NCBI GenBank assembly: GCA_918797485.1
Contig: CAKKNE010000002.1
Span: forward strand, 4,774,001-4,838,000
Length of the DNA: 64,000 nucleotides
DNA from: Pelagomonas calceolata
Lineage: Eukaryota
Direction of reading: 5' to 3'
The notes beneath the pieces are model-generated. The model did not search any database. It was not told the origin of the DNA and saw only the letters and a list, made by a program, of their open reading frames with translations. The position numbers were made by a program, and so were the translations under genes. This document shows positions 41,178 through 51,477 of this stretch, one piece after another (positions within the stretch are counted from its first letter, which is position 1; each line of letters starts with the position of its first letter).

Positions 41178-41972
41178 CTAAGTACACATTAGGCTTGAGC
41201 GGTCTTTGATATCGTCGCCATCTAGGGTCTCCACTAAGCTGGAGAAGGCCTCCGCGGCAGTTTTGATAGGTTGCGCGGCGTCGTCCAACTCGTCGCGCTG
41301 GCAGGCCGGAATTGATGCAGGCAGGATACCCTTCTGTAGTTTCTTTTGATGGAGGCCGCCGACGATGCGCTTGGACACAACCTTCGAGTTGGTCGCGTAG
41401 GCCCGCTCGCGCGCTTGTAGTAGTGCGCGCTCGCGCGGCGCGTCAATATCAGAAAGAGCCGTCCGCGCCTCGTCGAACAAATCGAGCTCGCGGCACGCCC
41501 GCGCCTCCAGCAGCCGCGCCTCGTCGTTCCCAGAGACCTCCCGGCAGCTCCGGAGGGCCGCCCGCGGCAGCTTCGCCTCGAGGTAGACGCGCGCCGAACC
41601 GAGTAAAGCGTCGCGCCGCATGGCGTCCAATAGCCTTTGCGTTTCACCATCTTCGGGAAACGCGTAGTCGTAGGCCACCAATGCCTTCTCGTACCACTGT
41701 ATCGAGCGCTCTAGTCTACCTTCATGAAACATGCGGTCGCCCCTTTCTACGGCGAGCTGGGCGCCCTTCAGCGTTTCATGAACAGGCTGCGCGAACAAGG
41801 CCCGCTCCTCGGTCCTGTCGAGGTTCCGGCAGCCGCCGCAGGCCGCGGCGGCGGCCGCGGCCTCCCTTCGTTTCGTGGCCGCCGCGGCGTCCTCCTCATC
41901 GTCTTGTTTCTTGAGCGTCGCCTCCCACGTCCTATAAGGCCGCGTCCAGTCGTAGTCCTCGGCCGCCGCCAT
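41178..41972 (-). CDS. TPR-like protein
   Basis: ERGDRMFHEG...YEKALVAYDYAFP and following TPR-like helices. Confidence 0.6.
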   Translation of the reverse strand: MAAAEDYDWTRPYRTWEATLKKQDDEEDAAAATKRREAAAAAAACGGCRNLDRTEERALFAQPVHETLKGAQLAVERGDRMFHEGRLERSIQWYEKALVAYDYAFPEDGETQRLLDAMRRDALLGSARVYLEAKLPRAALRSCREVSGNDEARLLEARACRELDLFDEARTALSDIDAPRERALLQARERAYATNSKVVSKRIVGGLHQKKLQKGILPASIPACQRDELDDAAQPIKTAAEAFSSLVETLDGDDIKDRSSLMCT

Positions 41973-42188
41973 CTAGCTGGCCTCGCGCGCCTGCGCTTCT
42001 CGCAGCCTCGCGAGCGTGGCCTCGTTCGCGATCGTGTCCCGGTGCTCGGGGCCCAGGACGTCCGTCGACACTTTGACGATCGCCTCGAGCTGGGAGATGG
42101 CCTCCCGCCGATTCGCGGCCTCGCCGCGGCGGTCACTTGTGGCTGGCTGCCCTGCTATGTCGCGGTAGGCGCTGCCGAGGCTGTCCAT
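41973..42188 (-). pseudogene. Short KLC-type TPR-repeat ORF or remnant, in frame with the downstream gene
   Basis: MDSLGSAY...VLGPEHRDT...LA; its TAG (41975-41973) directly precedes the ATG at 41972. Confidence 0.4.
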
Positions 42189-42359
42189 GCGTCGCAGCGG
42201 CCGCGCGTGGGGCGCCTTTCTACCGGGCAGGCTTCACCTGTGGCAGGCCGCGCGTGGGGCACCTTTTTACCAGGCTCAGGCTTGCCTCTGGCAGCAGAGA
42301 CAGTGTGGCCACCTGCTGTTTTTCGGCCCGTAGGGCTGCCCAGAACTGACCCTGCGACG

Positions 42360-43547
42360 ATGATCTTGGTGCAATGCGCCGCCTGCGCTGCCCCGCTCGG
42401 CTTGTCGTCTGGAAAGAAATGCGGCCGCTGCAGCACACGCTACTGCGGGCCAGCTTGCCAGGAGCAGCACTGGAAAGAGGGCGGGCACGACAAGCTCTGC
42501 AAGAAGATCAAGCGCGCTGGCGGCGCCGAGCAGTACAATGCGAATCAGAAGTACACGGCGGCCGTGACGATCGCGGCGGAGGCGTGCGCGGACGACACCA
42601 AGGGCCAGACGTGCTACATCTGCACGCAGGCCCTCCATTGGAAAACGAAGGAGGGTCTCGTGCGCATGTGCGCGTGCCGCGGGACGGCGGGCTTCGCGCA
42701 TGTTTCTTGTCTGGCGGAGCAGGCGAAGATTTCGGTCGCGGAGGCCCTGGAGAACAATTTGGATGGCGAGAGATGGTCTTCGAGGTGGGGGCGGTGGGAC
42801 ACGTGCAGCCTGTGCGAACAAGAGTACCACGGCGTCGTGCGGTGCGCGCTCGGGTGGGCGTGCTGGAAGACGTATGTGGGTCGGGCGGAGAATGACTGGC
42901 CTCGGCTGGGTGCGATGAGCGCGCTTGGGAACGGATTATCCGTTGCAAAACAATACGCGGACGCGTTGGCCGTGAGAGAGGCCGAGTTGGCTATGAAGCG
43001 GCGGCTTGGCGCAGATGAAGATAGCATTCTCGTCGTGCAGAGCAATCTTGCGAGCACGTATCAATTTCTCGGACGGCGTGAGGAGGCACTGTCTCTGCGA
43101 CGTGTCGTGTACTCCGGACGTGTAAATCTCGTAGGCGAAGATCATAGAGGCACCCTCGGGGCAGCTGTCAACTACGCCTCGACCCTCTTCGCTCTGGACC
43201 ACTACGCAGAAGCCAGGGCACTACTACGCAAAACGGTTCCCGCGGCGCAACGCGTTCTCGGTGAGAATCATATGATCACGCTCAAGATGAGGAAAGTTTA
43301 CGCGCAGTCGCTCTGCGGCGACCCCGCCGCCACGCTCGACGATCTCGGCGAGGCCTTGACGACGCTCGAGGAGACGGGACGGACCGCGCGGCGCGTGCTC
43401 GGGGGTTCGCACCCTTTCGTTGTGGATACTGAAAGGTTCCTGCGAGGGCTGCTCGAAGCCCTCGACGCCCGCGAAGCGTCAGAGACGGGGGTCGACGTGA
43501 ACTCCGTCCGCGAGGCGATGGAAGCGATGACGCCCGGGGATGCGTAA
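42360..43547 (+). CDS. MYND zinc finger + RING-CH (RINGv) + KLC-type TPR repeat protein
   Basis: CAAC..CGRC..YCGPACQEQHW..H..C; CYIC...CACRGTAGFAHVSCL...CSLC; repeats LGEN/DH..TL, LGGSHP; ATG at 42360. Confidence 0.85.
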   Translation: MILVQCAACAAPLGLSSGKKCGRCSTRYCGPACQEQHWKEGGHDKLCKKIKRAGGAEQYNANQKYTAAVTIAAEACADDTKGQTCYICTQALHWKTKEGLVRMCACRGTAGFAHVSCLAEQAKISVAEALENNLDGERWSSRWGRWDTCSLCEQEYHGVVRCALGWACWKTYVGRAENDWPRLGAMSALGNGLSVAKQYADALAVREAELAMKRRLGADEDSILVVQSNLASTYQFLGRREEALSLRRVVYSGRVNLVGEDHRGTLGAAVNYASTLFALDHYAEARALLRKTVPAAQRVLGENHMITLKMRKVYAQSLCGDPAATLDDLGEALTTLEETGRTARRVLGGSHPFVVDTERFLRGLLEALDAREASETGVDVNSVREAMEAMTPGDA

Positions 43548-43565
43548 CTAGTACATGCAAGCAAA

Positions 43566-44225
43566 TTAGTACCCCGGCCGCGCGGCCATCATCTCCTGGA
43601 TCTGGGCCTCTTCGAGGTCCCGACCGATGAGGCCACCTTCTTCTCCCCTAGAATACGCCAGGAGCCGGGGCTGCGCCTCGGGGCGGCCCGACCCGGCCAG
43701 ATAGGTTCTAGATTTCAATGTCAAAACTTTCGAGGCGTTCTCGAACTTGACCTCTAGAGATTCAAACGCGGCCCACGCGTAGACGTGGACCGGGGCGCCT
43801 CCAAAACTCAAAACCATGCCGTCGAACTTGACGGGATGGACCAGGCGCTCGATGCCCAGGAAGCGCGAGACGTCGTTGCCCGTCAAAACCCAGCGCGTCA
43901 TGCGCGCCGTGTCGGACTTCGGGTGGAGACCATTCATGAGCGCCACGGCTACAGCTTTGCTGGCGCAGCCGTCACTTATTTCGGAGTAGGGCTTCTTGCG
44001 GTCGTTGTGGGCCATTTTTTTCACGGCCTTGACGACCTTATCCCGTAGACGCTTGCGCATGGCCTTCAAGGCCTTCGCGTCGACGACTTCATCGCCCTTG
44101 TGCTTCTTTGCCACTTGCTGCTGTAATGACTGGATGATCTTGATGAGCTCCGGCTTGCTGAGCTCCTCCAAATTCTCGGGGATCGCGGCGAGGGGGCGCT
44201 TCTTCTTTCGCGCCGAGGCCTCCAT
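43566..44225 (-). CDS. Hypothetical protein
   Basis: 219-aa ATG ORF, N-terminal basic/coiled segment; no family recognised. Confidence 0.55.
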   Translation of the reverse strand: MEASARKKKRPLAAIPENLEELSKPELIKIIQSLQQQVAKKHKGDEVVDAKALKAMRKRLRDKVVKAVKKMAHNDRKKPYSEISDGCASKAVAVALMNGLHPKSDTARMTRWVLTGNDVSRFLGIERLVHPVKFDGMVLSFGGAPVHVYAWAAFESLEVKFENASKVLTLKSRTYLAGSGRPEAQPRLLAYSRGEEGGLIGRDLEEAQIQEMMAARPGY

Positions 44226-44726
44226 GGGAAAGGCCCTCTTTGCAACCGAGGCCTCCGTGGGAGGAGAACCGGCGCTGCGGCGCGTTGCTGAGGCTCCGCA
44301 GGGCTCTCTTGCTCAGGGCGGCGGCGAAGGACATCCAGCAATGGCGACGGTGGCGCGGGGCAGCCCTTTTGTTTGTTGCTCTGGGGCTGCTGGTTTCAAA
44401 CTGAGTGCGACCACCCCGTGCGCCTGGATGTGTCCGTCGCGCGAGCTCTCTGCACGCGTTTGCGTAGCATTTTTACCAGGGAGATCAGTGAGGTGTGTGC
44501 TAGCGGCCCGTAAGACACTAGCAAAGCCGGCAGCCGTAAAAACAAACAAAAAGCGCTGGGTTGCGGGGCGCAGAAGGTCGTTCCGGGTGCCGGCTGGACA
44601 GTTCGAACACCTGGCGAACGCATTCGAACAATGCGATAGACCACAGCTCAGACGCCAGCCGTCCCAAAGCCCCCACAGACCAGGGCAGCAAAACTACTGC
44701 GGCGCGGACGCCAGCCGCTCAAAAAA

Positions 44727-47429
44727 ATGAGCTCCCTCTCGGCAGCCGCCTTCGCGGCAGTAAGAAGAGCCTTAGATGGCGACGTCGACGACGCCGCGGC
44801 CGCGGAGCACGCCGCGGCCGCGCCGGAGGACCGTGCTTTGTTAGCGCTGGCCCCGGGCGACGAGAATTTGGGCAAGGCGTGCTACCACGCGGTCCGGCGC
44901 AAATACGGGCGGGACGTGCAGGCCGCGCGGCGTTTACGACGAAGAAGAAGGCCGGCCGCATCATCATCGAGTGACATTCTATCTCTAGTAAAGCGCGGCG
45001 CCGCCGACGCGCGGCGGCTGAGTGCTTTGGCCGATGCGAGATTATCGAGGCAGTTGGAAGCAGCAGAAAGAAGGCTCCAGGAGCTGGCCCACGAGTGCGT
45101 GGGCGAGCACGCGAAGGCTCGGTCACGCTTAGCTGCGCGGGCCGAGAAGACGGCGTCTCGAAGACGCGCGGAACGAGCAGCCGCGAAAGCAAATGCAAGG
45201 TGGGCCCTGTTCTTACTGCGGTGCGAGGGCGACGCGCCGCCGCCCGTGAATACGCGGAAGCCGCCCCTGCAATTGCGGAGTTGTGTGGAACGGGACGACG
45301 TTAAGCGGGGCGCTTCGGCAGCGAAAGACGCGTGCACGCGGCCCGGCCCCGCGCGCGTGTCTGCTGCGTTGGCCTTGCGGAGCAAGCGGGGCGGGATGGT
45401 TGATGATGCTAGAGATGCGAGAGCATTGGAGACTTTTAGAGCTACCAAAGTAGCGTTTTGTAGGGGCGCCGCGGCCTGGACGGCGCGGAAGCCCGCCGAG
45501 ACGTTTCCGGGCTTCCCCCACGCCGACGGCGTCGAGACCTTGATTGATCTTCTCGTTCCTTCCCGTCCGAGGACGCCCTCGACGAAAAGAGCGGCCGATG
45601 GTGCGGAACTCTTATCTGCGGGGCCCATCCACTGGCTCTGCGTGGGCAACCCTTCCGCAGCGTTCGACGATTGTTTAGGGACGGATGAGGACCCGGATCC
45701 CGCGACGCACGCCCTCTGTTCATCTAGAATATACTACCAGCTCGACGGCGCGCACGTGGAAGACCCGCCTTGTACCGGTTCGGATGTCTCATGCTCGCTC
45801 ATCGACGACGGCGCATCCCTAAAAAGAGCCTGGGCTATCCATGACGCTCTCGGCGAGGCGCACACGTTTCAGGCGCTAACTGATGACATGACCGTCACGC
45901 ACGTCGTCTCAGCAAAAGACGACCACGTCCAGAAAAATAACATCCAGTCGAACAGCGACGAGCTCGCCGACAGCGTCGTTTCTCAACCCGTTGTCCTCGA
46001 AGATAGTGAGGGTAAAAGGTTCGCCGCGTGCAGCGTCGCCCAATTACTGGAGGCGAAGCACCTACAGACCTCTGATATGGTGAGGAGGGCGACGTCAGTT
46101 GTAGCATCGCAGAACGGCGCTCGTATTCCAAGGTGGGGCGCGCGCGATTTATATGTATGTACCACAATAAGGGCTCCGTGCAACGTGCACGACGAGACGA
46201 CGACATCTTACATGCGGCGGCTTTCCCCGAGGGCGGTCGCCGAACTAGCGCGGGCCTACTTAAATGATGATTCTGAAACGGATCTAACGGCGCGCGACGT
46301 CTTCCCGGCGTCCTCAGCTGACGAGGTCTTTAGCTTGGTCCAGGACCAAGAGGGCGATAAAGGAGATGCGTTTTTAGTGAACTGGTGCATTGACGATGAT
46401 ACGAACGAAGAGCGAGCGGTGTCAGCCAGAGTAGCACCAATGATCGAGGAGGACGAGGAGGAGGACGACGACGTCCTCGGCCCGGTCTGCCAGTGGCGGT
46501 CCTGCTCCTGCGCCGCTCGTTCGTCAAGACGTGTTGTAGGCAAGAAGCAGCCCAATCGGCCGTTATGTGCCTGGCACCGCTCCTTAAAACGGCATTTAGA
46601 TGATGGTGCCCAAGCGGCTGGAAGGGCGTCCGACGCGTTGCGGTTCGTGCCTCGAGCGAAGGCGGCGCGGGAGGCCGCCGAAGCGGTAAGAGCCTCCAAA
46701 AAGTCGAATTACGGCGACCAGGACGCCGCCGAGGCCGCAGCGATTCGCGGCGCGTCGCCCCTACTGGTCGAATTGTCGAACGGGAAACTTGGTCAAACAG
46801 TAAGGGTCTTCTGTCGGCGGGCCGCGGCGGAGTCCGCGGAGCGCAAATCCCGGAGGAAGGACAAAGAGGACAAAGGTGAAGGATGGGCGCGGTGGGACGA
46901 CGCGCGCGCGTTGTCCGCCGCTCGCAGGGACGTCGCGGCGTCGCTCGATCGCTTAGATCGGGTCTGTGCTGCGGAAAGAGCGGCTACGGGCGAGTTGGCA
47001 GCTCGGCGGGCCGCGGGCCAGTTCCCCGCCGACGCGCTGGTGCAGATCAAGCGTGAGCATGCGCGTCTCGACGCGGAGCGCGCCGAGGGCGATCAGGATC
47101 AAGCGGCCGACGAGCGGTTGGAGCTCGAGTTCGCGCGGCGCAAGGTCGCGTTGCTGAAGGCCGACACGGGGGCGCAGCGGCCTCAAGTAAGTGTCGCGGC
47201 CGCGGCGGACATCTTGGCGGCGACGGCGGGGAGGGGCGACCGGTCGCCGGACGAGCTCATGGCGTCGCCCATCCTCGAGGAGCCCACGGACACGGGCTAC
47301 GGCGCGCCGCGGCGGCGGGCGATGGCGTCGACGGCGAGGAGGGCTGCTCAAAAGCTGCGCTTCGTGTCGCCCTACTCGTCGGCGAACAACCAGGCGCCGA
47401 AGCGGCGGTCTTCCGGTAGGAAGTTTTGA
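44727..47429 (+). CDS. Hypothetical 900-aa protein with a small Cys/His motif (CQWRSC...LCAWH)
   Basis: Long ATG ORF with coding-like composition. Confidence 0.65.
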   Translation: MSSLSAAAFAAVRRALDGDVDDAAAAEHAAAAPEDRALLALAPGDENLGKACYHAVRRKYGRDVQAARRLRRRRRPAASSSSDILSLVKRGAADARRLSALADARLSRQLEAAERRLQELAHECVGEHAKARSRLAARAEKTASRRRAERAAAKANARWALFLLRCEGDAPPPVNTRKPPLQLRSCVERDDVKRGASAAKDACTRPGPARVSAALALRSKRGGMVDDARDARALETFRATKVAFCRGAAAWTARKPAETFPGFPHADGVETLIDLLVPSRPRTPSTKRAADGAELLSAGPIHWLCVGNPSAAFDDCLGTDEDPDPATHALCSSRIYYQLDGAHVEDPPCTGSDVSCSLIDDGASLKRAWAIHDALGEAHTFQALTDDMTVTHVVSAKDDHVQKNNIQSNSDELADSVVSQPVVLEDSEGKRFAACSVAQLLEAKHLQTSDMVRRATSVVASQNGARIPRWGARDLYVCTTIRAPCNVHDETTTSYMRRLSPRAVAELARAYLNDDSETDLTARDVFPASSADEVFSLVQDQEGDKGDAFLVNWCIDDDTNEERAVSARVAPMIEEDEEEDDDVLGPVCQWRSCSCAARSSRRVVGKKQPNRPLCAWHRSLKRHLDDGAQAAGRASDALRFVPRAKAAREAAEAVRASKKSNYGDQDAAEAAAIRGASPLLVELSNGKLGQTVRVFCRRAAAESAERKSRRKDKEDKGEGWARWDDARALSAARRDVAASLDRLDRVCAAERAATGELAARRAAGQFPADALVQIKREHARLDAERAEGDQDQAADERLELEFARRKVALLKADTGAQRPQVSVAAAADILAATAGRGDRSPDELMASPILEEPTDTGYGAPRRRAMASTARRAAQKLRFVSPYSSANNQAPKRRSSGRKF

Positions 47430-47651
47430 TTTAATCAGAGGTATATTAGTTTGGACGCAATCAAATCGGGTTTTTGCCGCAAGTTTTTTGGGATTCCTGC
47501 TCCTAGCTCGTGGTTTGGCACCGCGCGCGTAGCGTAGCGGTCGTGAGTGGCCCGCTGCTATTGAAGCGACGCCAAATTCAGCGCCTTACCTCCGGTTAGA
47601 ACCGCGCATTGGCCCTGAGTCGATTTGCCTCAAGTTTCCAGCGTGCGTAAC

Positions 47652-48236
47652 ATGGGTCTGCTCTTTGGAGGCAAGCCGGAGGAGGTGCCGTTCCGCCGCA
47701 AAATCCTGCGCTCGCTTGTCTACGCGGCGATGAAGGCCATGACATTCGCAATTCTCGCGCCGGTGTTCAAAGGCGATACATGCTCCGCCCTGCCGTCGGC
47801 CCGCGCCTACTTGATCGTGTTCGCCGTTATCCAGCTCGCAACCGTGCCGCTCCTGCTTTACACGAACTCGATGCGAATCAACAAGGGCTTCAATCCGCAC
47901 ATGAATTGCGACGTACGCGCGGACGAGGGCGGCGAGGTTTTTAATGGGCACAAGACCGTCTCGAACATCGATAAACTGCTCGGACTGGCGACGCTCCTCG
48001 TTGGCGTCGTGTGGGGCTTGACGCTGTGGTCAATTCAGACTTCGCGCGGTGGGTCCAACTCGAACTGCGACAAGGGGATTTATTCGGCGATCGGCGTCAG
48101 CGCCTGGATATGCGTCGCGATCTTCGTAGCTATCCTCGTCTACATCATACTCATCGTCCTCAAGGTCGTGCCGATGCCAAATAAGGGCAAGGCCGATCTG
48201 GAGGCGCCGCTCGACGCGGAGGCGTCGGCGGAGTAG
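47652..48236 (+). CDS. Hypothetical four-TM membrane protein
   Basis: Four hydrophobic segments, one Cys in each of two loops, tail DLEAPL. Confidence 0.65.
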   Translation: MGLLFGGKPEEVPFRRKILRSLVYAAMKAMTFAILAPVFKGDTCSALPSARAYLIVFAVIQLATVPLLLYTNSMRINKGFNPHMNCDVRADEGGEVFNGHKTVSNIDKLLGLATLLVGVVWGLTLWSIQTSRGGSNSNCDKGIYSAIGVSAWICVAIFVAILVYIILIVLKVVPMPNKGKADLEAPLDAEASAE

Positions 48237-48767
48237 TTGCCGTTGAGCAGTCAAGGGCGCGTTTAGTAATAGTCTCATTCGATCGATACCTTCAGGCTCG
48301 GCTGCGTGTAGGCTAGTGTGTGTGTTCCCGCTAGCTAGCTGTGAAAACTGATCATTTCGACACGTATTTGCTGGATTCCTCTTTAATCGAAAGGTGTGAC
48401 ACCGCGTCTTTGTGAACCTTCGCCGCGGCGATGGCGTGAGAGAGACGCCATCGACGCGACTGCGCGACAGCGAGACGTCGTCGACGCGACGGCGTGGCAG
48501 AGAGACACCATCGACGCCGCGACCGAGACGCGCCGCCCCGACGCAGACTTCTGCCACATGGTAAACGTGGGGGACGACAAAAAGGACCTCGAAGAGCCCC
48601 TGTCGCCCAAGGAGCCTGAGCCGGCGACGGCCAACAGCTAGACTCACTGGCCCCGGGCCGCGCTGCCTCACCCCCCACATATCCCTAGCCGCCAGCCCAC
48701 GCACCGTACGTAAAAATATAGCTCCTTAGGCAGGAACACTACTGGGGGGGAGGGAATTGCGCGGTGG

Positions 48768-50849
48768 CTAGTCGCACGCGATCTTCGAGTCGAAGCTCGA
48801 CAGCGTGATCGCGAAGGCCTGGAACGGCGTGAGCGGGTAGCGAAAGTCCATCGTGAACTCGTCTTTCCCGACCCGTCCGAACTGCAGGAGGACCGCGTCC
48901 TGCTCGTCGGGCTCGACGAGCTGGAAGTTCTTGACCGACGCCATCGTGACTCGCCCGTTGAAATTGAGCACGTAGGCACCGACCTGGTCGTTCCATCGGG
49001 GCGGCTTGTTGATCGTGTACGTGATGTCATTTTTATCTTGCGCTTTCAGCTTCGCTAGGACATCAATACTACGACTTTTGCCGTCCCGATCTAGTTTGGG
49101 TACCGCTGCTTGCATCTTGCGCGGACCTCTGCTCCCAAGAACGTTCGCCGTGTAGACGACGGCACCCAGCTCGCATCTCTCCGACGAGCCAGTATCAATC
49201 AAAGAGGGATTGGCACCCGAATCGAAGACCTGGAACTCCGTGCCCGCAAAATTAGCTCGCAACTTGCCAATGTAGTTCTTCGAGTTCCGTTTGAGATCGC
49301 CCTCGCCCATACTTATAAGGTAGTTCGACGTCTTGTTGTTCGGCCGCTTCTTCGAACACATCAAGAACCTATCGCCCTCCTTCATGTAGACGGCATACTC
49401 CGGGAACAATTTGTTCGTGCCGCTTCGGTTCCTTTTGATGGAGCACTGGACGACGCCGGCCCGTCGCGGACAGGCTGTCGTGAGGAACTTGCGCATGTCC
49501 CTCAAATCTAAGGCTGAGGCGTCGAATTCCGGTGCTGACGGCGTCTCCGAGGCCGGACTGGGACCGCGCTCGTCCTCGTACTCCTCGGGTTCGGGAGACG
49601 GGCTCCGCTCCTTCTTCCTTCTTCGCGTCTTCTTCTCGTCGCGCGGTTCTCGCGGTTCCGGCGATCCGCGAGGAGGCGAGTCATCTGAACGTCGTCGGGG
49701 CGGCGAGTCGTAGCCGTCGTCATCAGAATAGTCTCTGCGACGGTCTTCGCGTTCTCGTCGAGGCGGCGGCGAGTCGTCCCTGCGGCGCTCACGTTCCCGT
49801 TCTCTGGGTGGCGGCGACTCCCTCCGTCGCTCGCGCCGGTCGTAGTCGTCATACTCGTCGCGCCTCCGATCGTAGTCGTCGTCACGCCTCCGGTCCCGAT
49901 CGTCATAGTCATAGTCGTCCCGACGAGAGCGAGACGGCTCCTCCCGCCTCCTCCGGTCAAAATACTCGTCCTCCTCATCATAACGTCTCCTGTCGTCGTA
50001 GCTCGACCGGTGGTCCCGGCCCGGCGAGGGCTCGTCGTAGCGCTGGGGCGAGGGCTCGTCGTATTGTCGATCATCGTAATCGCGCCTCCTCTCCCGCTCC
50101 CGCGCCTCCTGCACCGGTCTCGAATAGCGCTCGTCGTCGTCGCGGTAGACTCGTTCCCTACGAGGCGGAGGCTCCTCGTCCCGCTCATCTCTACGACTGC
50201 GATAGGGCGACGCCATATCCCTTTGATCGACGGGCGCGAACCGCTCGCCGAACTGGCGTTCTTCTCTGGAAACGTTCCTTGCAGAGTAGTCCTTCTCCTG
50301 ATTTTTGCGAGACCCCCAGGCCGGATCAGGTTCATCATTGAAATCGTCTCTCCGACTTCGCCCGAAGGCGCCGTACTCCTGGACGTTCTTCTGGGCTCTA
50401 GGTGCGGAGAACTGGGCCACGCCGGGCGTGAACGTATGGCCTTCAGACGACATGTGCGCGGCGCCCCGAGACATGGTAGAAGCCTGCAAAGCCTGCTGGC
50501 GCCGCTGCATCTGGATCTGGCGCTGCTTCGCTAGGGCTCGCGCCCGGGACTGCGTCGACTCGCCCAGGGCGCCCGCAGAGCCAAAACCTGACGACTTTTC
50601 CTCGTCCTTCGACTCGGAATACAGGTCGCGCGGCGGCGCCATAGAGGGAGGCTTCATGGTCGGCGGCGCCATGGAGGGAGGCGCCATCTTCTTCTTGCGC
50701 GAGTGGCGGCCCCGCGACGGCCGGTCCAAGGGCGACTTGCTTTCTTGTTTGGCCTCGCCGCTGCTCTCCAGATCTAGACCCGCGATGCCGGACCGCATGG
50801 ACCGCGGGTCCCCGAAGTCGTCGTCGAACTCGTCGGCGTTCATGAGCAT
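48768..50849 (-). CDS. Tubby-like protein with long R/D/E-rich N-terminus
   Basis: GKLRANFAGTEF, RGPRKM, NKPPRWN..YVLNFNGRVTMASVKNFQL, QFGRVG, SSFDSKIACD. Confidence 0.93.
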   Translation of the reverse strand: MLMNADEFDDDFGDPRSMRSGIAGLDLESSGEAKQESKSPLDRPSRGRHSRKKKMAPPSMAPPTMKPPSMAPPRDLYSESKDEEKSSGFGSAGALGESTQSRARALAKQRQIQMQRRQQALQASTMSRGAAHMSSEGHTFTPGVAQFSAPRAQKNVQEYGAFGRSRRDDFNDEPDPAWGSRKNQEKDYSARNVSREERQFGERFAPVDQRDMASPYRSRRDERDEEPPPRRERVYRDDDERYSRPVQEARERERRRDYDDRQYDEPSPQRYDEPSPGRDHRSSYDDRRRYDEEDEYFDRRRREEPSRSRRDDYDYDDRDRRRDDDYDRRRDEYDDYDRRERRRESPPPRERERERRRDDSPPPRREREDRRRDYSDDDGYDSPPRRRSDDSPPRGSPEPREPRDEKKTRRRKKERSPSPEPEEYEDERGPSPASETPSAPEFDASALDLRDMRKFLTTACPRRAGVVQCSIKRNRSGTNKLFPEYAVYMKEGDRFLMCSKKRPNNKTSNYLISMGEGDLKRNSKNYIGKLRANFAGTEFQVFDSGANPSLIDTGSSERCELGAVVYTANVLGSRGPRKMQAAVPKLDRDGKSRSIDVLAKLKAQDKNDITYTINKPPRWNDQVGAYVLNFNGRVTMASVKNFQLVEPDEQDAVLLQFGRVGKDEFTMDFRYPLTPFQAFAITLSSFDSKIACD

Positions 50850-51477
50850 CTTGTGTCCTTGCGCGGCGGCGCGCGCGCGCTGTGGGTCTGGCTCAGCTGT
50901 GCCTTTTATGGGGGTTGGTGGCGGCGGCGCGCAGCGGAGGCCGGGCTGCGCGTGGCGGCACCCGCAGTGTGTCCGTGGGACGCCTTCGCCGCGTGCAGCA
51001 GTCGCGCGCTGCCCCTTTCTGATTCCACCACACTCGATTAAGCCAAACCACCGGCGGTAGAAGGCGCCCGCTCGGCGCGTCGCCCACGAGCGGTCTGCAG
51101 TCGTCTCGCGACGGCTGTGGAGGCCCGGCGAGGACTACACACCGATTTTAGGTTTTTCTAGTGTGCTTACGCCGCTAGCGTGCATTTTTGCTGCTTTTGC
51201 TCAGCTCGTTTACGGCCCAGAGCTCGTGCTCATCCCGCCCTTTGGCTGAAATCCATCGATTAGCTAGCTGCGCGCGAGGTCTGGTCGCGATTTGGCTGCA
51301 GGCTTTGCACAAATCACTTCTCTTTGCTGAGGCTGGCTTTGGTCGACTCCAGCGCTCGCGTCCGCAACCCTCCGCGCCCGTCGCGGGTCACAGAATCTCA
51401 CAGATACGCTACGGACGGTGGAGGCTCGTGAGATACCGAAACCTTACGTGTTGAAAGCCAATATCAAAGCCGAAGCG

